From NCBI GenBank assembly GCA_000388065.2, contig KB932207.1: a DNA stretch of 64,000 bases; one strand, given 5' to 3'. Under the pieces are notes generated by a model. The model did no database searches. It worked only from the letters and a program-made list of their open reading frames with translations, and was not told where the DNA came from. How positions within the stretch are numbered: position 1 is the first letter of the stretch; every line of letters begins with the position of its first letter. This DNA is from Fonticula alba ATCC 38817 (Eukaryota; Protista; Nucleariida). A program made the position numbers and the translations under genes. Of this stretch, positions 23,743 to 34,178 are shown one piece after another.

Positions 23743-26700
23743 ATGCTCCACCTTGCCCTTCGTCACAGCCACCGAACACCCCCCAGCTCTTCTTCCCATC
23801 TGGCCATTTGCGGGCCTCTGCTCCAGTGCCATGCACGTGTGACCGAGCGCCTCGCCCGGCGGTCTCTCTCCCAAGCGCCGGACCTCCTCGGTCACGGCGC
23901 CGGGGCCGGCCCCGGCGGCCACCATGGCAGCGGCAACGGTGGCCCCGCTGATGGCGAGGTCCGCCCTGCCGGCGGGCCGGCTGACCCGCGGCCCCCCCCT
24001 TCCAAGACACCTCTCCCCCCGGCGGCGGAGCTGCTGCCCCCCCGGCAGGACACCGTCGCGCTGGATCCGCTACTTGGGCGGGCGGCTCGGCGGCGCGTTC
24101 GGCCTCCGGCCGATGCGCGGGCCTTCGCCTCCTTCCGACCGGATCACACCTCGAAGGTGGCCCCGGTGCCGAGCCCGGGGCTGGCCCTTCCCCGGGCGGA
24201 CCCGGGTCCACGCCTGACGGACTCCTTCTCCCTGAGCCCGATGTTTGTGCCCGGGGAGATGCCGCCGCATGCGGGCCGCGTCCAGGGGACCCCCTTCAAC
24301 CCGCAGCTGTATGCCTCCTCGGCGTATCCGCCGCACTTGACCGCCCAGCAAATGGCCTCCGGGGCCGTGATCGGGGGGATGCGCACCCCCGGCGGGGGCC
24401 TCCCCTCGCCAGGCTCCAAGCCTGTCTTCCCGGGGCCGGGGTCGCGCTTGTCCTCTCCCCCAAAGCGGCCCCCCGCCATGCCGCGGCCCCTGCATAAGAC
24501 GGTCTCCACCCCGGCCGGGACCTTCCAGGATGACCTGCCCATGGCTCCGCATGTGCTGGACCGGGAGACCTCCTGGCACGACCGGTGGTGGCCGTATGTG
24601 CCGATCGGCCGGCCGGCCTTCCGGCCCGGGGCGCACGATGCCCTGGCCGGCGCGCTGCCCACCCTGTCCGGGCGCCATCCCACCCTCTATGATGATCCTC
24701 ATGGGTATGGCGATGACCGGGACTCGGATTACTACCGCCTGTCGGAGGAGCCGCCCGGGCGGCCGTCCTCCAATGCCCCCGGGGGCGGGCCCCCCCCGGA
24801 GGCCATGGCCTGGGGCTCCTCCGCCGCGCCCGACGACGCCAGCAACAACGACCGCAGCGACCGCCAGCCGGCCGACCGCCCGCCGCCCGGCCTGCCACCC
24901 GACGAGCCTCCGACCAAGTCGGGCCCGGAGCCGGCGGCATGGCCCGGCCCCTCGGCTGCCAGTGTGCCGCCGCCGCCGCCGCCGCCGCCTCTGTCGGAGG
25001 ATTCGGACGAGGAAACCGACTTCTCGCGCTTCTGGTGGCTCCCGGCCAGCCCGCTGACAACCCCGGCCCCGGAGGGGTCTCTGTCGGAGGTGTCACCGGC
25101 CACCGGGCTCGGGCACCTGGTGTCGCCGGCGTATCGGGACAGTTTGCGGCCGTGGCAGCCGCCGTTGCGGCCGTCCCTGGTGGCCGACTCGCGGCTGGCC
25201 TTCCGATCGCCGGCCCGGCCGCGCGCGGTGCCCGACGTCGGGTACTTCCAGTCGCGGGAGTTCGCGCGCGAGGCGGCCCTGCGCAGCCACGGCCAGCGCC
25301 TGGGCGTGCGGTCCCCTTCTTCGGGGATCCGGTCGCGGTTAGCCGGGTCGACGCCGGCCCCGGCCCCGGCCCCGGCCCCTACCCCGGCCCCGGCCCCGGC
25401 CCCGGCCCCGGCCCCGGCCCCGGCCCCGGATGGCCATGCCTCGCGGCCAGCCTTCTCCCACCGGCGCTTCCTGCCGGACACATCCATAGAGCAGCTCCGG
25501 CTGCGGTATCACCAGGCCCCGCCGGAGGCCGGGGCCTTGCCCTTCATGACTTCGCTCGAGCATGACCGCCTGGTGGCCGGGGTGTGTTTGGCCTGCGGCG
25601 AGCATCCTCCCTCGCAGCCCTGCCCGCACCTTTCCGGCCCCGGGGCGGTCTATGTGTATGGGCAGCTTTTTTCGACGTCCATGCGCGCGGCGCACTTGCG
25701 CCAGGCGGGCATTTGCCCGGCCTGCGGCCAGGCCCGGCACGCCGAGCCGGTCCCCTGGTGCCCGGCGACGGTGCGCCGGTTGCGCATGGCCGTCCAGCAC
25801 CCGAACCTGGGCCTGATCCCGGGGGATGCACGCCAGTGGGCCGGTGGCCCGGGCAGCCGGCCGGCCGATGGCCCGGCCGGCCCCCTGCCCGCGGCCTTCC
25901 CCCGGTCGCCATCGCCGGAGGACATGCTTCGGTTGAATTCGCTGTCCTGGCGGTGGATGGCCAATCCGGCTGCCCGGCCGGCCGGGGCGGCGGTCCTGGC
26001 CCCGAAGTCGGCGCCGGCTCTGCGTGCGGCCCTCGCCGACATCGGGGACTATGTGCTGACGCCGGGCAAGGCCCGGCGTGGCCGGGCCCGGCCGGCGGTG
26101 CCCCCCTCGACCATGGCCCTGCTGGCGGATGCCTCGCACCGGGCCATCCCCCGACGCGCGGCGCGTGGGCTGCTGGCAGCCACGCTGGCCCCGACCAGCC
26201 CCGATGACAAGCCGGCTCCCCTGCCGAAGGACTTCCTCGATGGGATTGGCTCGGGGGATGTGGCCCGGCTGCACCGGGGCACCGCGCGGCAGCTGACCCC
26301 GGAGGCCGAGCGGCGTCTGGTCAATCGCCTGTGCCTGGCCTGTGGCCAGCATCCCACCGACGAGCCATGTCCCCTGGTGCCGAAGTCCCCCAGCACGCCG
26401 GACCTGCCGGGGGAGCGGGTGTTCATGCGAGGCACGCGCATGGCCCCGCCGGAGGAACGCCTCCGGCGCTTCCGAGCCGGGCTGTGCCTGACGTGCGGCA
26501 ACCACCCGGCGGCCGAGCCCTGTCCGGTGTGGCTTCGCCGGGGGGTGGTGTCGGTGTCCCCGCAGCCCGGGGACCTGAGCCTGCGCGATATGCCGGACCT
26601 GCTGCGCTCGCCCGGGCTCTCTTGGAATGCCGATGGCCTGGTGGCCGACCAGGGCGCGCGGCCGCTGCCCTGGGCCGACGACGCGGCGACGGCGGCGACG

Positions 26701-27030
26701 GCGGCGACGGCGGCCGCCGCCGCGGCCACCTTCGAGTCGGTCCCCACCCCGAGGAAGATGGTCCTGCCGGCCGAGGCCGAGCGCCGGCGCCGGCTTGGCC
26801 TCTGCCCCCGGTGCGGGAAGCACCCCCCGAATGAGCCATGCCTGGTGCTGCTGTCGTATGGTGGTGTGGTGCCGGTCCGGGTGCCCGGCCCCGATGGCGA
26901 GCGCATCCTCTACCGACTTACCGACAAGGAGCGCGCGCGCCGGTCGGTTCTCGGCCTGTGTCGGGTATGCGGCACCCACCCCAAGGGCACCCCGTGCCGG
27001 GTGACTCCGCGCCGGCCGAAAAGCTCCTGA
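23743..27030 (+). CDS. Intronless ~1,095-aa protein with six variant CCHC (C-x2-C-x2-H-x5-C) zinc-knuckle-like repeats
   Basis: Uninterrupted ORF with coding-like GC3. Repeats: CLACGEHPPSQPC, CPACGQARHAEPVPWC, CLACGQHPTDEPC, CLTCGNHPAAEPC, CPRCGKHPPNEPC and CRVCGTHPKGTPC. First ATG is at 23743 (the track starts at GTG 23728). Confidence 0.85.
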   Translation: MLHLALRHSHRTPPSSSSHLAICGPLLQCHARVTERLARRSLSQAPDLLGHGAGAGPGGHHGSGNGGPADGEVRPAGGPADPRPPPSKTPLPPAAELLPPRQDTVALDPLLGRAARRRVRPPADARAFASFRPDHTSKVAPVPSPGLALPRADPGPRLTDSFSLSPMFVPGEMPPHAGRVQGTPFNPQLYASSAYPPHLTAQQMASGAVIGGMRTPGGGLPSPGSKPVFPGPGSRLSSPPKRPPAMPRPLHKTVSTPAGTFQDDLPMAPHVLDRETSWHDRWWPYVPIGRPAFRPGAHDALAGALPTLSGRHPTLYDDPHGYGDDRDSDYYRLSEEPPGRPSSNAPGGGPPPEAMAWGSSAAPDDASNNDRSDRQPADRPPPGLPPDEPPTKSGPEPAAWPGPSAASVPPPPPPPPLSEDSDEETDFSRFWWLPASPLTTPAPEGSLSEVSPATGLGHLVSPAYRDSLRPWQPPLRPSLVADSRLAFRSPARPRAVPDVGYFQSREFAREAALRSHGQRLGVRSPSSGIRSRLAGSTPAPAPAPAPTPAPAPAPAPAPAPAPDGHASRPAFSHRRFLPDTSIEQLRLRYHQAPPEAGALPFMTSLEHDRLVAGVCLACGEHPPSQPCPHLSGPGAVYVYGQLFSTSMRAAHLRQAGICPACGQARHAEPVPWCPATVRRLRMAVQHPNLGLIPGDARQWAGGPGSRPADGPAGPLPAAFPRSPSPEDMLRLNSLSWRWMANPAARPAGAAVLAPKSAPALRAALADIGDYVLTPGKARRGRARPAVPPSTMALLADASHRAIPRRAARGLLAATLAPTSPDDKPAPLPKDFLDGIGSGDVARLHRGTARQLTPEAERRLVNRLCLACGQHPTDEPCPLVPKSPSTPDLPGERVFMRGTRMAPPEERLRRFRAGLCLTCGNHPAAEPCPVWLRRGVVSVSPQPGDLSLRDMPDLLRSPGLSWNADGLVADQGARPLPWADDAATAATAATAAAAAATFESVPTPRKMVLPAEAERRRRLGLCPRCGKHPPNEPCLVLLSYGGVVPVRVPGPDGERILYRLTDKERARRSVLGLCRVCGTHPKGTPCRVTPRRPKSS

Positions 27031-27685
27031 GAGGATGGCAGCCACAGGGGGCGCCCGGGACCGGCGGCGGCGGTGGCGGTGGCGGTGGTGGCCGCGGCGG
27101 GCGAGGAGGAGCAGGGCGAGGCGGGGGCCAGCCTGCGGCACGAGGCGCGAGCACGCCGACAGCCGGCGTAGGCTGGCGTAGGCTGGCCAGTCCAAGCTGA
27201 CAGCCTTTGTCGTACCTGCCTCCGTTCGCTCCTCTCTCTCGCTCTCTCCCCCTCCTTCTCTCCTCCTCTGCCATTCTCGCCATTCCCGCCATCCTGCCCA
27301 CGTCCTCGCTTCCCCTCCCTCTCCCTCCGGCCTTTCGCACTCCTCCAGGTGTTTGCCCTGTCCTTGTCCCTCCCTCCTCCCCTCTTCTCTTCCTCTCTCG
27401 CTCTCCCCCCTCCCCTCCTTGTGACCGGTGCAGTAACCGGGGCGCGTGCGCTTTCGATTCCCTTGCCTTGCCGCACCCCTCCGCCCGCCCGGGTTCCCTA
27501 GATATAGACATTTCCCTGATTCTGCTTCCCTTTCCCCGGCCCTGGGTTCTTTCTTCTCTTGCGCCGCCCCCCGCCCCCCTTCCTGCCTCTCTCACTTCAA
27601 TGGGGGGGGGGTGTATATTTTTGCAAGACGAGAAAGAGGGCGCGGGCGCCCAGCGGGCCAGCCGGGGCGCGATCCGCGGCGGACT

Positions 27686-28263
27686 TCAGTGCCCGCGCGG
27701 GATGACAATGGCGATCTTCTCGCCGAATGTGCCCCACGTCTGCCACTGGGTCTGGAAGAGGATGAACCACACGAAGAACGGCAGCGTCAGCAGGACGGCC
27801 CCGGTCAGGGAGTAGTTGATGTCTGTGTCGGCGGGCCGGGGCTCTGGTCAGCAAAGAGAGGGGACATGAGTGGAGGCGAACTGAATGCCAACGGGGCGAG
27901 GAAGCGTACAGCGCTTGATCACCGGCGAGCAGGCCGGATCCTTCAGATGCTGGCGGAAGATGATGTAGTTGATGACCCACAGCCAGGGCAGGAGGAAAAA
28001 GCCTCCGATGAACAGTGCGAGCGGAGGGGGTGGGGAGGGGGGGAAAAGCGGGGAGAAGAGAGCACGAAGACAGGGAGGAAGGGGGGGGGGGGGTCATTCC
28101 CGGGTGTCAGGCCAGATGTCGGGCGGCAGCGTCAAGGCGGGGAGGCGACAGCAGATACGGAGGACAAGGGGAGGAGCAGAAAGAGCGAGAGAGAAAGGGA
28201 CGTATGTTTCCGGCAGACAGTGATTCGCTCCTCCTCGGAGAGCTTGCTCACATTCTTTGCCAT
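27686..28263 (-). CDS. PSENEN: Gamma-secretase subunit PEN-2 (presenilin enhancer 2), 3 exons: 28263-28206, 28014-27910, 27822-27686
   Basis: Spliced product MAKNVSKLSEEERITVCRKLFIGGFFLLPWLWVINYIIFRQHLKDPACSPVIKRYINYSLTGAVLLTLPFFVWFILFQTQWQTWGTFGEKIAIVIPRGH. It is collinear with animal PEN-2 ([27 protein letters not shown]...IKGY...WGALGDYLSFTIPLG). The gene is missing from the ORF track because its exons are short. Confidence 0.92.
28015..28205 (-). other. Non-canonical AT-AC spliceosomal intron (191 nt) in PEN-2
   Basis: Donor AAAC|ATACGTCC and acceptor CTCGCAC|TGTTC. No AG dinucleotide occurs on the sense strand within the intron, and of the junctions examined only this one restores CRK-LFIGG. 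Confidence 0.8.
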
Positions 28264-28328
28264 GGCAGCAGGGTGGTGGAGGTGCTGGAGAGTCCTGGGG
28301 GGCGGTGTAGGGGAGGGAGAGAGGGAGG

Positions 28329-28361
<33 letters not shown>

Positions 28362-28703
28362 GGGCACAGGTAGGGGCAGGGGCAAGGGGTGGTGCCGAAG
28401 CCCCCGGGTCGTGGGATCAGCGTGTGGACTCTTTTGGCCCAGCCGCTGGCGGTGGTCACCACCGATCGCCACAAGCAAACGGCCCAGGTTCGGTGGAGGG
28501 GACCGGACGGGGCCGGGGCTGAGACCGCCTGTGAGGGAGGCCCCCTCCCTCGGTTGGAAGGGCAGGCTTGCCGGCCCGGTGTCCACCCTCCCCCCCGGTC
28601 CCGCCTGCGCATGCTACGTTCGGCTTGCGCCTCCTGCGGGGTCCGTGCTCGAAAAGAACAAACACACCCCCCTGGTGTGGGCACGGACACGCAAACACAG
28701 GCA

Positions 28704-28734
<31 letters not shown>

Positions 28735-29257
28735 CAACAGCAATAGCATCCCGCGGAGATTAACAGACCAGCTCGCCGTTGGCACCTGCCACCTTCAAAA
28801 CAATTCAAATGCGCCCAGCCAATGCCTCTCTGGTGGGGATGGTGGAGCCGGGGTGTGGCCCCTCGCCCCCCCGTATAGTCCCCGCGCAAGGCCCGGAGGC
28901 CTTGGGCCGAGCCGGGTGCGCCGGCACCGGTCCCTCTCCGCGGCCCTCTGCCCCTGGTGCGCCGCCATCCCTCCCCCCCCCCCCATGGGGGCGGGGATGT
29001 AGTATCTAGCGCACATGGGGACATTCGAAGCGCCCCATGTCAGGCCTGACGCCTGCCCCCCCCTGGCGATCGTCACCCCCCCCCCCCCCTCCCCCCCCTC
29101 TTCCATTCGTCTGCCTCGGCGATCGCCTGTCCTCCCCTCTGCCCCTCCTCCTCCTCCTCCTCCTGCCCCTCCTCCTCCTCCTCCTCTGCCCCTCGTCCCC
29201 CTCTTGAGCCCTTCCCTCCGACTCCCGCCCTCGCCCGCTGTCCCTCCTCGCCAGACC

Positions 29258-31554
29258 ATGCCCGCGGCCACGCCCCCCGGCCCCGGGCCGGCGCCGAGCA
29301 ACCCAACGCACTTCCTCCTTCGCGCGGCCCAGCCCTCCATCGGCCACTCGCTGGTGGTAGGCGGCCCCCGGCGGGGGCCCCCGACCGAGGCGCCCACCGA
29401 GGGGTCCCCTCTGCCGGGGTCCCCGTCGGCTGACGACCTGCCATTCACGGGCAACCGGTCGCCCAGCATGCTGCTCGAGCCGTCGGACTCGCACCTGAGC
29501 CTGGTCGAGGCGCCGATGGACTTCGACGAGGACCAGGTCCTTGCTCAGGAGCAGCACCAGGCACAGTCGCCCGCTCGGACGCCCACGCCCGGGTCGTCTC
29601 GACGGGCAAGCAGCGCGTCCGCCCCGTCGCCGGGTCCGCCCGGCAGCCCGGCCCCGGCGGCCCAGCCTGACCCGGTCCAAACCCTGGCCTCCCTGCGCCA
29701 TGGGTCGATTTCCCTCGGCCCGGCGGACCTGCCGCCGGCCATCGTCACCTGTACGTGTCGCCCCTGACCCGCGCGTCCTTCGGGACCCCCCCGCCGCGCC
29801 GCGCCGCGCCGCGCCCCGCCCCGCCCCGCCCCGCCCCCCCCCCCGGGCATGTGCTGACCGTGGCCTCGGCCGGATGCGCCGCCCAGACTATGACCCCTTC
29901 GGCCACTGGCCCTTCATTGCCAAGGAGCTGGAGAGCCATGTCAGCTCGCTGCAAGTCCCGCTCGCCGTGCCGGACCCCTTCGGGTCGTCGGCCTCGGGGG
30001 CGGTGGTGCAGCCACTGCCGCGCGGACGCCCGGGCGCCGCCGGGGCCGCGGTTCCCCGCGCGCGCACCGGCCCCTTTGCTGGCCCGGGCTCCGGGCCCGG
30101 CGCCCTTTCCCAGTCGCCGGACATCGAGCTGGTGGACCTGCCGCTGGTGGATGGCAGTGAGGGCACGCCGGCCGCCGGGGCCAGGATCCGACCGGTGTCC
30201 CCTTTGGCCGCCGATCGTGAGCGTGAGCGTGACTGGCCCCCCTTGTCGCCGCTGCTGCAGCTGCCCTTCTCGCCGCTGCCATGTCCCGTGGCACAGGTGG
30301 CCGGGTCGGCGGCCCGCGCGGCGGCCGCCGCCTCGACGCCAGCCGGGCCCGGCTCCGGTCCCACCTCCGCCTCCACCTCCACCTCGGGGCTCGGATCGGC
30401 CATGTCCCCTGGGCGGCGCCGTGCGGGGACCCTGCCAGCCCCGGGCGCCGGCGATGCGGGCCCGTCGGCCTTCACGCGCCTGCCCACCGAGGGGGCCAGC
30501 CCGGGCGCCGAGTCGCTGCCCCTGGCGCCGGGGACCCCGGGGCCCGGGCCGGCCTCCAGTCCCGGGTCCTTGTCGCAGGATTCCTTGCATTCGCCCTCCG
30601 GGCAGAGTGCCGGCTCGGTGGCCTCCTCGCCGCCGGCCTCCCCGGGCCCGGGGGTCCTGCCCGGGGCCGATGCCCCGGGGCCGGGCCCGGAATCCGCGCC
30701 CCGTCGGCCGGCCGGCTCGCTCCTCGATGCCGCCGAGCTCCGTCTCTTCGTGGACCCCCTGCCGGCGGAGTCGATCAACATGCGGCTCTTCGTGGATACA
30801 GCCGCCCGGCGGGTGGTCGAGCATGCCGGGTCCCTGCCGGTGGCTTTCGTCGAAATTGACCAGTACATCCAGCAGCAGGCGGCCGGCGCCGCCGGGCGCT
30901 CGGTCTGGTCGGTCACCAGCGAGCCGGTTCTGCATCTCTTTGTCATCGGCGCGCAGGTGCGTGCGGGCCTCTGTGCCGGCGGGAGCCAGGCTTCTCCCGT
31001 CCCCCCCCCCCCCCCCCCCTCCCCCCGTTCGTTCGCTCCTCCAAGGACACCTTCGGTAGGCTAACGCATGTCTCCTCTCCGGGTCCCTCCGGTCCTGCGG
31101 GTCTCCCACGTGTGGGGCCATGGCCGCGTGCGCGCCCGCTCGCCCGCCCGCCCGCACCCCGCCCGCACCCCGCACCCCGCAGGACGACATCAAGTACCAG
31201 GACCTGCGACTGATCATACGGAATTGGTTCAACTTCCTCCATCAGAACTTCCGCACCGGGCCGGCGGAGGTGCGCCGGGCTGCCGGTCCCAGCTCCCAGG
31301 CACCGCTCCTGCCCTGGCAGCAGTTCAACCCGGCAGCCGGGATGACTTTGCCGGCGGACTTTGCCACCGGCGCCGGGGCCGGGCTCGAGTCCAAGCCCGG
31401 TGGCAGCGGCAGCAGCGGCGGCCATTCCGGCACCAGCAGCCTGAGCGCCTCGATGTCGGCCATCGGCCTGTCGGGCTGGGGCAGCGGCAGCGGCGGCAGC
31501 GGCGACAAGTCGAGCGGCGACAAGTCGAGCGGCGCCCAGCCGGCGTCGGCGTCG

Positions 31555-31597
<43 letters not shown>

Positions 31598-34136
31598 ACC
31601 CCCCTGCTGCGGAGCTCCCGCAGCACCTGATCGTCATGGTCCGCTCGCACCGGGAGGACGTCAATGCCCTGCGGGAAAGCCAGCGCGCGCCCGGGGCCGG
31701 CCTGACGCCAGGGCATCTCCGGCGGCTGGACCCCCTGGCCTCGCCGGGGTTCGCCCCGCCCGACGAGGCGGCCGGCCCGCTGGGGTCCTCCTCGACGTCG
31801 CTCTTCTACTATGCGGATTCGCACCTGTCGCTGGACCTGGCGTCGGGGCCGGCCTCACCGGCCTCCGGGGCCCCGGGGCATGGGGCTGCCGGGGCCCCGG
31901 GCGGCATCCGCTCCTCCCTGTCCTTCTCGCTGATGTCGCCCCTGTCCTCGGCCTTCCCCTCGCCGTCGCCGTCTCTGGGCCTGCTGGCCGGCGGGGCCAG
32001 CAAGTCCTCCATGCCCTGGCTGCAGCTGATCCCCTATGACAAGCGCCTGCGCATGGAGTTTTCCTCGCAGCGCCTGCTGATGATCCGGCCCGGGCGCCTG
32101 CCGGCCGTGTCCCAGGGCACTCGGGTGCTGCCCCTGTCGCACGCCGGCCAGGGCCTGGCCAGCCTGCTGCCCCTGTCGATGCTCGATGCGGAAGCCCCCG
32201 GGGCCGATGGGCCCTCTCGTGGGCCCGCTTCGCCGGCTGCCGGTGACTCGGGCCCCCCGACGCAGCAGCAGCAGCAGCAGCAGGCGGACTCGGCCCCGGC
32301 ATCCCCCTCGCTGGCGCTCAGCGACCCGGAGAGCGGCCTGGCCATGCTCTTCCAGCGGGTTGGCGATGCCATCGGTGCGTCGCTGAATGCACGCATCCGC
32401 CGGCTGGAGGCCCTGCGGCAGGATGCCGGCCGCGAGTTCCTGGCCCTCCTGCGACAGGTGGACCGGGCCCGGTCACCGCCGGCTTCCGGCAGCCCCGGCG
32501 GCCAGGAAGCCCCCCCCCCGGCGGCGGCGGCCATTCACCAAGTCCTGGTGCACTACTTCCGGCTGGTGGCCCTGTGCGATGCGCTGGCCGGGGCGGTGCG
32601 GATGTGCTCGCCGGAGCTGGCCCCGGCCGGGACCCAGGACATTGTGGAGCTCCGTCGGATCCAGGTGGCCGGGGCCGGGCGCTTCCGCTCGGCCATCGAC
32701 CTGTTCCTGCTCCTGGACGGGCCGGCGGTGCGTGCCACCTGCCGGGCCCTTTGGTACCATGCGCTCGGGGTGTGGGCGCACCAGCTGGCCTGCGATGCCC
32801 TGGGGCCCTGGCTGTCCGAGCGCCCGACGCACCTGTTCGCCAGCTCCTCCCAAGTGGACCTCTTCGCCGAGGAGTGGAATGCCGGGCACCGGCACCTGCA
32901 GCTGATCTATGACCAGGCGGCGCTGGTGGACCGAGCGCTGGCGGACCGGGGTGCATCCGAGCCGGCCGGCGACCTGCGCATGTGCGCCATCTTGCTGGTC
33001 TTCTCCCAATCGGTGCACGCCCAGCGCCAGTGCCAAATCCTCGGCAGCCTGCTTGCCCGGTTGACGCGGATCATCGGGCCGCGGCTGTACTCCATGCGGG
33101 CGCCGCCCGGGCATACCATCCGCCGCGTGGAGGAACTCCCACGGACCCTGCTGGCCGACGTGGTGGCGCCCCTGCTGAATACGGCCATCGGCCAGGTGGT
33201 GAGCGACCACTCCGGCGTGCTGATGGTCCGGGCGATGTTGCTGCACAATTTCGTCCGGTCGGCCCAAATCCGCAGCACGCACTCCAGCGCCGACGGGGCG
33301 ACCAGCGCGGATCTGGCGGCCGATCCGGCGGCCCTGTCGGCCGAGTACTTCGGCCCCTCGGACCTGGCCATTCACTCGCTGAAGTCCGCGCGCCGGGCCC
33401 TGCGCAGCTTGCGCCGGTCGTTTGACATCTCCCCGGACCAGGGCCGGCTGACTATCTTCACCAACAGCCGGGACTTCGTCGAGCAGTCGCTCTTCAGCCA
33501 GCGCGACCAGCTGACGCGGCTCATCCAGCGCTCGGTCTACTGGATTGGCCAGCGGCACCAGTGGCTGTGCCCGCCGGTGCCGCCGGCCCACCCGCCCGGC
33601 ACCCCCCCCGGGGATGATGACCTCCACAGCCCCTACCACACGCCCGGCGCGTCGGCCATGCTCTTTGCCCGGATGTCCGCCCCGCCGGGTCTGGCGCACA
33701 TGTCCCCGGCCGAGCGCGACAGCCACCTGGACTTCTTGGTGGCCTTCGAGGTGCGCCGCCTGTCGTCCCCCCGGCCGGCCCCCCTTTGGGGCGGTCCTCC
33801 TTCTGGTGTTTTTTTGTTTTTTTTTTTTGCTCATCCTCCCTGCCTGCGCTCCCTGCCCCCGCCACCGCGACCCCCCCCCCCCCCCCCCCCCCGGCTCCCG
33901 GTGGACACTCGCCCATGCGTACGCGCGCGCGCGCGCGCGCCTCTCCTGCCCCCCATTTCCCCCACAGTACTGGACGGCCCGGGCCATTGTCACGGTTGCC
34001 GCGCGACATGCATCCTTCAGCGGCCTGTCCTTGGCGTCGAATCTCACCTCCAGTGGCATGGTGGCCCAGCTGATGGAGCAGCTGGTGTCCTTCTTCCTGT
34101 GCGTTATCTTTTTGTTGGTGCCCCTTTCCCGGCTCT

Positions 34137-34178
<42 letters not shown>

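Noticed and set aside
23743-27030. An intact LTR retrotransposon around the knuckle gene
   Set aside because: No protease, RT, RNase H or integrase motifs, LTRs or PBS are visible. The adjacent gaps limit certainty upstream.
28998-29007. TGTAGTATCT, the U2 branch-pairing sequence
   Set aside because: The flanks lack U2 stem I and the Sm site, so this is a chance 10-mer.
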